A stretch of DNA of 58,295 nt, filler included, from Sphacelaria rigidula (taxonomy: Eukaryota): assembly GCA_964200075.2 (NCBI GenBank). It is 3 parts of 3 records of this genome, joined end to end, with 100 filler letters (N's around TTAATTAATTAA, not from the genome) between each part and the next. Parts side by side here need not be neighbours in the genome. Positions count along the whole stretch, not along the records: positions 19,471 to 38,835 come from CAXNAA020000680.1; 2 more parts are not named here. One strand, 5' to 3'. Position numbers and translations under genes: made by a program. The notes beneath the pieces were generated by a model. That model was not told the origin of the DNA. It made no database searches and saw only the letters and a list, made by a program, of their open reading frames with translations. Positions 25,901 through 34,900 of the stretch are shown here, piece after piece. Positions within the stretch are counted from its first letter, which is position 1. Each line of letters starts with the position of its first letter.

Positions 25901-28900
25901 TGTTGGTTTCTCCGACAAGGCAGGAGGAATATCAGTAAGGCTTGATAAGGTGACATATGTACCCGACTTGACTTGTAACTTTTTTTCGTTTGATGGCTGG
26001 GCACACAGGAGGAGTAGAGTTCACGACTGATGATTCGGATAAGAGTGTAATCCTACAGGATGGGCATATTAAGTTTCGGAGTGATGGATCTGGATAGTGA
26101 ACCTATGGTAGAATAATTGACTCTGATGGCAACTAAATCCTTTCCCCCCTTGGTTTCCAAGGCATTCGAGAATTCAGTGCGACCTTTCCATCCTGTTCCT
26201 CCTGCTTTTCCTGTGATAGCCCCCGGTAGTGCTGACTCGCGTGAGACTGTCGTAGACATCAACGGTTTCAACTGCGTGCACAACCATGCTAACGAGTTTC
26301 CAGTGAGAGAGACTGCTAAGTCGCTAGGTATAGAGTCACTGGGTGAGTTGAGACCGTACACTGGATGTTCCATGACCAAGGGGTACCGTACACCGATTGC
26401 CAACAGCAACCAATCACGTGCCTCAAAAGAGCGAAGGGGAATTTTTGTTAATCTCAGTGGTCCTACAAGTACTCCTTTATTACTAGGAAAGGAGTACGTG
26501 ATGATAGTGAACGACGACTTTACCAGGTGCTCATGGGTATATATACTTTCTCGAGCGTAAGTCCGATGCCACTGACGCCTCCAGGCAGTTTTTGGATCAT
26601 TTCATGTGGATGTGTACCGCCGGAGGCAATAGTGAGATCTGACTACGGAGGAGAGAAATTGGTGCAGATTTTGGGGACTTGCGCAGGCACTACTGTATAA
26701 AACAGGAATTTACCTACCCAAAGAGTCCGGGATTGAACGACGATGCCGAGAGAGCTCTAGGTATCACACAAAGCGTCGCACTTGCCGCTCGCATCCAAGC
26801 CCGCACCCTCTTCCCCCATGTCGAATTGCCACCATCGGCGACCCTCTGGGCTGAGGGAGTACACTGGGCGTGTCACGCCCTGAACCGCATCTCGACAACC
26901 TCCAACCCAGGTAAGAAGTCGCCGTAGTAGATTTAGCATGGTAAGCAATATCTGTATCACCGCACCTGTTTCGTCGTTCGGGTTATTGTCGCTGGAACCG
27001 CCCGTCAAAGTTGTTCCCCAGGTGCGAGAGTATTGTAGCTTCTAACTCGGGCCCGGCATTTACCACCCCCGTGATTCATTGCGCATGCGGACGCGAGCGA
27101 ACAAGGTGGTGGAGACAAGGGACGTCGCCTTGGAGGCACAGCCGGTTATGATGATGCCATCGGTACAACTGCAGCAGCTGGCATCGCCGGAGCTGGCAGG
27201 GGCGGCGGAGCTAGGAGGGACGTGACAGCCGGGAGGGGCATCGGAGCTGGGAGAAACCCCGGAGCTGGGACGGCTGGATAATGTCGATTCTGGCCTACCA
27301 CCTCCATTACCGTGGCTGGGCAGAGGAATCCCCCATCAGCGTCGCGTGACATGTCAAGCGAAAAGTGCAGGCCATGAGGGTGAAGGTGAGCGGGGTTCTG
27401 TAGGCGGTGAAAATCAGTCGTCCCCCGACACCGGAACTTCTCCACCAGTTGTGTGTCACTGGTGAGCAGCGAGCCGTCTGCCGACGTCGACCTCTTAGTC
27501 AAGGGAATCGAGTCGTTTCATCAGACGAAGGTGGTCCCGTTCCGACGGTGGCGCGTACTGCGGCGCATCAACTTGAGTCGCATTTGGTTGGATGTCGAAT
27601 CGGCGAGGAGCGTGGGCGAATCGGAGCGCAGGCGCGAGCGCTCAATCAAGAAGCAGCTGACCTCGTAAGTGTGTTTGGGCCCGATGAAGGGGAGTAAAGC
27701 AATGCATGGGCTGCTGGCGGTACAGGTGCTATTCGTTGGCCGGGCGAGCTACCTAAATGTCTCGTTCAGGAAGCGGGGCCGGAGCCAGTGTCATATCCTG
27801 CGGCATACTCGTCGCAGTACTCGAATTGGTGGATGGAGGCAGTGAAGACAGAGTTCGATGGGCTCATGGCTCCCGGAACGCTCGCGGAGGTCACTGAAAT
27901 TCCTGCGGGTTGCAACATCATAGGCGCTAAGTGGTTGTGTAAGTGTAAGGGTACTGTAAGTCGCATGGTATGGTTGACCGAGAAAACCCCCGAATGATAG
28001 CTATGACGTACAGTCACGCAGAGGGAGTAGACCACTTTGAAACTTTTGCCCCAACGCCCTCCACTACTTCAAAGAGGTTGGTGGTGATTAGGGCATGTAA
28101 GCTAGACTGGGATTTGAGGCACTTGGGTGTAGGCCAGACTTTCATGCCGTCGGAGTCGGGCGCCGATCTCTACTTGCACCTGCGCCTCGGGTGTGGATAG
28201 ATCTGGAAGAGGCAAGGTAGTGCGTCCCAACAAGGCTTTTTACGGCCTGAAGCAGAGTGGTCGTGCGTGGTATCAACTGTTGTCATCAACTGGTAGAGTG
28301 CGGTTTCGAGCAATGATTGATAGATCCCTGTGTGTTCGACCGAGGGCCGCTTGTGAGGTTGTGGCGATGATCGTCCTTCACATAAACGGCATCAAGATTG
28401 CAGCTGCTGAGGAGATGACTGAGGCGACAGTCAGTGCCCTCGATCAGATATTTTCCACCAAACATCTGGGGGGGGTAGAATGAATGCTACATGGGGAGTG
28501 AGTACAAAGGGGACGGAGAAAAAAGCGCTTTGGGGGTTTCACAGACCCAGTTCAGTCGGAGTGTGATCAATCGTTTCGACTTCTCGAAGACCAGCTCCAT
28601 CCCCGACACCCCTTCCGTAGACCTCAGGCACGCAAGCGAGGAAGAGACCGTGGTGGATACCTCTTTCCATGAGATCGTGGGGAGCCTAATACGGATAGCG
28701 GATCAGACGAGGCCCGATATTGAGAATGCAGTTGGGGAAATCGCTCGGTTTTCGCATGACCCCAAGCCGATTCATCATAAGGCGACGCAGAAGATACTCG
28801 AGTATCTAAATGCTGCATCGGATTTAGGTTCACTTTTGAAGGGAGGTAGCAACTTGGAGTCTATTCAGTTGGACAATAACTTAGATACGTACGTAGACGC

Positions 28901-31900
28901 CGACTACGCCCATAAGGCGGAGGGCCGACATTCTGTTTCCTGTGTAGCCATTTCCTGTAGGGGTACGCTAGTGTGTTGGTTATCTAGGACGCAGAAGTGC
29001 GTCGACATATCCACCAGTGAGGCAGCATATGTAGCAGTCAGTGGCAGTTGGAGTCAAGGAGGCTCTATCTGTGAGGGGGATCCTAATGTTGCCCAGTCTG
29101 GGGCCGATGTGCGTTGGCGTTTTTGAGGGAAACAAGGGGGCGGTAAACTTTCCTAAACACCCATTAACCCTTAGACCGCGAGGGTAGTCTTATCTGGATC
29201 ATGCGCACTTTTTCAAGTGAAATTGATGCGGATTCATCAGATGATCTACTCTCGCTGTCCAAGGGTTAAGCTCGTCCAACATCAAGCACCTTCACGTACG
29301 CTACCCTTTTCTAGGAAGCTGGCTGCCGGTGGTGGCATCTCGATAAAGTATCTTTGATCAATAACCAGTATGCGGATATTTTCGCGAAAACCACTGGTAA
29401 GTAGGTCTCGAAAGACACCGCGATTTCCTCTTGGGCAGGGGCTAGGGTTAACTCTATTTTTTCGTAGTGGACACTATTATTTGAGGTAGGCGATGATAGT
29501 AGGGAGTCCGACCTACTGTAGTTTCTTCGATAGCAATCAGATCAGTGCTTACGCTCGTTAGCCGATGCACGCAGGGGAGGTGCTCAATATAGCTCATCGA
29601 CGAACATCAACCAACATTTGTGAAAGAGAAAGTACGGGATGCACAGTAGTCCGGAAATATTTTCCGAAAGTTCTTCGTGGTTGGAGAACAGGAAATTGTT
29701 CCTGTTCCTAGAATCAAGAATTGTTAACTTGTGGGTCGCGAATGGACCACGGGTCGTGGCTCGTGAGCCGACCGGAGGTCATGGTTCTTGGGCAGTCGCG
29801 ATAGGGTGCTGCTCCACGCCCACACCTACTGACTTTTTTCCTACACCCCTCTCCACCCAATTTTCTCCGTGTGGATAGCAATACTAAAGACTTGAAACGC
29901 ACGGCTTCATCTTCTTGAGATACACTACAAGAGGGCAGTATTTTGTCTGGGCACACAGCACGGGGCTGTCGTTGCTACACCGCCATTTAATCAGCAAGAT
30001 AATCTAAGTATGTGCTGTGTGACGGACGTGTACCGCACTCAGGACCATTACCGTACGCCGCTGTTAATGTTCGCCTTCACGCATCTGTTTCGCCAAATAT
30101 CTTAACTTATTCTTCGAGAACTCAATGATCATTTTCTGAAAAAGAGGCCATCAATCAGACAAAACCCTAAAGCTGCTCCTATAGGAGAGCTACTACAGCA
30201 AGCGTATCAGGCCTCGTGGAGGGGCATTTTCTGAACTGAAACGATTGATTCATTAATTGACAGCTTCGTACTCTCAACCGTGTCCTCTACTCTCAATCTC
30301 ACGAAAACCTTGTAGACCGTGGGTAAAAATATTTCCCGACCACAACCGTTTTTTCGGAAAGGAAAAACATTTCATCAGAAGCAATGACCGGTCTTTGTGG
30401 GGAATACGGACAAAGCTGTGGACACAGTTAGTGGCTCATCTCGCTGGGGACAACAAAAATTTGGCATGCAGTCTCACCCGCAAGCTCTCCTGTGGGAGAG
30501 AGACGAAGACTACTTATACGAATAGTATACGGCGCTTGGAAGGAAGAAAGTCAAAGATATAATGAAGAAGAAATGTTTTTTGCAGTACTTTATTGTTCAC
30601 TACATCGTAGTTGTACGACGTCATCACCTCGGACTACCCAACAATCGAACGATTCAAAGCACAAAATGCAGAGGCTGTGAAGTGCGGCAAGATCCAGTCC
30701 CTCTCACAAGCTTGTCCACAGATGCCTGCAGGAGCCTCGTCCCTGACCTCCCGCGTAAAGGCTTGTTCAAGTGCTTCGCGGGTGTAATACCACCTCTAGT
30801 GGGTACAAAAAACGCATATACTATCCAAAAACGCTTAAATTGGCGATTCAGCGCAGATTTTCGCCGGAATAAGGGGCTTAAAGGATTGTGCCACCTTGGA
30901 AAGACTGCCGGGTCGACGAGGGAAAGGGACCGCTTGACCCTTCTCGCGATGAAAAGGTACGGAAGAAGAAAGGTGGAGAACTGAAGCAAAACAGAAAACT
31001 CCTGAGCTGCCCTTCCTCCTGTGTGACCCCGGCTGATGCTCCCACACAGACCATGAGGTGTAGACTGGCGTGTATAACAGACGAGATGACTTATCACACA
31101 ACACAACCCATATCGTCGAAACCGCTCGGCAGCGTGCGCGCAGGGTGATGCTGGAGGCGCCGATTTGTCGAAGAAAAACATACACACACACTTCGCCCAA
31201 GACACCATCTGCACCCCCCTCGTCCGAGGGTTTTCCGTCTGCGTTGGGTTGGGATTGGGTCAGGATTACCATTATAGTTTGGTGACAAGAAGAATATATG
31301 TCAAGACTCGCTTACATTCGACCGACTCGAGGGGGGTAAACTCATCTCCAGCAATCGATAGTGTGCCACGAGAAAAATCGTAAAAGAGTGCATCGAAGTA
31401 CAGATAGGGAAACGCCAACTGCACACGCAGAATGGGAGTCCTAGTCTGCAAGTTGGGAGCAACACGCCGACTCTTTTTAACACGGTTTCAAGCACAGTAT
31501 GTGGCAGCTATTTGGGGCGCTTCTTGTGCTGCGAAAGAAATGTCTACTAAAAACAGTCGATCATCGAAATTTAGGATGGAGCTTTTCATCGAGAATGAGA
31601 ACCTGGAGGATTAAAATCCTCGTCTACACACCAAATCTTCAAAATATGGTTCCATTCCTTCACTCACTGGTAGCTGTTGACAACTGATACACGCCCTACA
31701 AATATGGATTTCGATAACCGAAATTTCGGGGTCCTAGATGAAGAAAAATATCTGGGGAATTTAGGTGATCCGATAGGATCGCCAAAGTTCACTGAAATTG
31801 ATTCTTCATCTAGGACCCCAACATTTCGGTTATCGAAATCCAAGTTTGCATGGCGTGTAGTACTTGTCGACAACTACCAGTAGATGAAGGAATGGAACCA

Positions 31901-34900
31901 TATCTCGAAGATTTGATGTGGATACGAAGATTTTAATCCTCCGGGTTCTCATCCTCAATGGAAAGCTCCATCCTGAATTTCGATGATCGGCTGTTAAAAA
32001 AATCTATTTTGGCCCAGCCGAGATTTGCCAGGGTACGGGGCTGAGCGGGTTCTACCACCTCAGAATGACTTGCTGCTGTTTACTCTCCAAGTTGATTCTT
32101 GCGCACATTCCCTTCGCCGAACAAGCGATTTCTCAAACGACCCCAGAAATACAGCACCGTGTCTCTGAGATCGGCATTGTAATGCGTGAGAGGGCCACGT
32201 GCTTAAAGGACTGCATCGGAATTTAAACATCCCTATGGTAAGGTTAGGGTTAGGGTTAGTGTTAGTGTTCGTGTTAGGGTTGTGGTCAGGATCGTGGTAC
32301 CTGCAGGGATTGGCCCGATTGGTTTTGAAAAACGTCGATGCTGAGGTGTTTTGAACTTGTACGGCGCGGTCCTCTAAGCACGCGGTCCTCTCACGCATTA
32401 CAGGCATGTGTTTTATGGAAGAACTCAAAGGTTCCTGCGAGATGTGTGATGAATCGTTTGACTGACGAAGAGTCGCAGTGGGCGTAAAAAAGATGAGAAA
32501 AGTGCAGTGGAATAATCTCGGAGAGTACAGCCAATGAAATCGACTTGTGTGTACCCACGACAAACAAGTTGCTCTCCACTGTTGGGCGTTGTATGAGAAA
32601 AAAGCTCACATCGTTTGACTTCACCGCGATTCGAACTCACGTCCCAACCCTCAAAATTTTTCGAGGTTACCAACTGAGCCACCTGAACAACCGATTGCGT
32701 AACCTGGAAAGATTCGAAGCTGATTCAGAGTGAAAGCCCAAAAGTTGTTCCTCACTAGATACAGAACGCAAAACTGACCCGACATGAACATATTTGGTAT
32801 CTTAGTGACCCCCACGAGCAAGCGAACAGTCTGACATGCTCAGATTTTTCTCGTGTCCGCTGCCGTGGCGCTATCAGTGGAAACGTTTCTATTGTAGGCC
32901 AATCAGCGGCCTTCAAATTGTTCTGAAATTAAAAATGCAAAGTTCCGACTCAATTCCTACCCATTCTCATCACGAATCAAACAGTAGTAGCCGCCATCAA
33001 CTCGGGAATCTAACGCAAAAAGACATGTTTAAAAACTGTTTGTATGGGATCGAGTTAAACCCCAAAACGTGGTATTTCGGTGGTGTGGAGTTTTGGCGTC
33101 GTCGATTTTCCACTGATAATGTGCATCGAAGATCCAGACGGCCTCTTGACGTTTTCCCTTGTAACTCTCGTAGAAACGCGACGATCATCCTCAAACTTGG
33201 CAGTTTGGGAGATATGGGTGTTACGAACGGAAAACAAAAACGTCGAAGAATGCAATTTTTCTATCCGATCGCTACCAGCTTCCGGGGGTCCCCGCATGAA
33301 GACCTCTAGAAGTCGGTACAGATTGCTTGAAAATGTATATATTTCACACCCTGGAAAATACAATATGTTTCCAATATATATTAGTCGATCATATTGGAAT
33401 TTTGCGATATATTGCCGGTGTAGTATATATTGGTACCCTTAGACTGTACATGTATTGCGGGCCCAATATATATTGATGTCGTGGGACTGCATACATATTG
33501 TCCGCCCGATATATATTGGTACTATTGGGTTGAACACGTATTTGTCCCATCAATATATATTGGGGCAGGGTGGGCGATAGCATATTGCACGACCAGTATA
33601 TATATTAGGGTCGCATTGATGAGAACATATTGACCGGTCAATATATATTGGGGCCGCGTGGGTGCCAATGTATTGGCCGGTCAATATATGTATTGGATAT
33701 TTTAAGTATGGTGTACGCTTTAAGAGAGATCCAGACGCGATGGATGCCGGAGCCCGTGCAGATTGGGAAAAGCTTCGAAGGGAGCCGCAGAAGTTCGCAT
33801 GCATTACTCTGGGAAGTTGTCGAATGCGTTTGATATATATATATATATATATAGATATGTATATCGGTCAGAAAATATGACCCGGTATATATGTCTCCTG
33901 ATACCTATCTGGCCACCAGTGCGGGGCCGCCCACCCCCTTTCCAGCATGTAATATTAATATATTGGCTAAACATCACGACGACACAAAACGAGGGTCGAT
34001 ATGCGCCTTTTGGTACCCCTGTGGTCACCGGGGCTGTGTTGCTTATACCCTGGACAATATAATATATTGCAATATGATACCAATACTTCGCATTGGAGCC
34101 AGCGCAAATATTTTCCTTTCAATATATGTTGTGTTGAGATGCCTTCGGAGATATTGAAGCAATAACATATATTGCTCGTGTCATGATCATGAAGTAATGT
34201 ATGTCAATATATATTGGACATGCAGTTGCTCCGAGAATAAAACATTCAATATGTATTGCGCATGGCGGCCGTGTGTGTATTGAAGTGTCAATATATATTG
34301 AGTCGAAGCGATGCGTAGCATATTGTTACTATAATATATATTGAACGCAAACCAAGCAGAAGTATTGTTTTTCCAATATATATTGCGCACGCTGATCGGA
34401 TAGCTATTGTGCAGTCAATATATATTGAACACGCTTGCGGAGGAGTACATGAGCTTTTTAGGCATGTAAAATACGTCTTTGAATGGCGCCCACGAACAAA
34501 GGACTGCCCACGATACTAATTCCAATACACTTTCCAATCTATATGTCGAAAATCAATATTTTGCTACACCAACATGTTGTATTGTGACCGTCGGTTCCCT
34601 CGTGTATTGTCTGCCCAGTATACATTAGACGCATTGACGCACGACATATTGGGGCGGCAATATATATTGGCGCTTCGGGTGTCGAGTATATTGAATCGTC
34701 AACATGTATTGACCTCGGGTGGCAGCCAATATATTACTCGACAAACATATATATATTATTGGTGCCTTCTCGCACCAACATATTACTCGGCCAATATATA
34801 TTGAGGTGACGCGTGTCGTGATATATTGTTCGGTCGATATATATTGCATGTCGCAAGCCTTGACATATTGATGGCACAATATATATTGACCCTCTCTCGT

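Larger units (their letters stand above)
24151..29979 (+). mobile_element. Degenerate Ty1/copia LTR retrotransposon in DRC9 intron 1, antisense to the host gene
   Basis: Domain order PR-IN-RT-RH: protease IADSGAIFHM (~25771); integrase NLSGP, DDFTR, LNDDAERA, LWAEGVHWACHALNR (26440-26890); RT WMEAVKTEF, FETFAPTP, YGLKQSGRAW (27830-28270); RNase H YVDADYA, STSEAAYVA. PPT AGGGGAGG at 29573-29580. Many stops and frameshifts. Confidence 0.93.

Noticed and set aside
32236-32290. True telomere or chromosome fusion site
   Set aside because: Short degenerate tract internal to a TIR/TSD-bounded element that is present twice.
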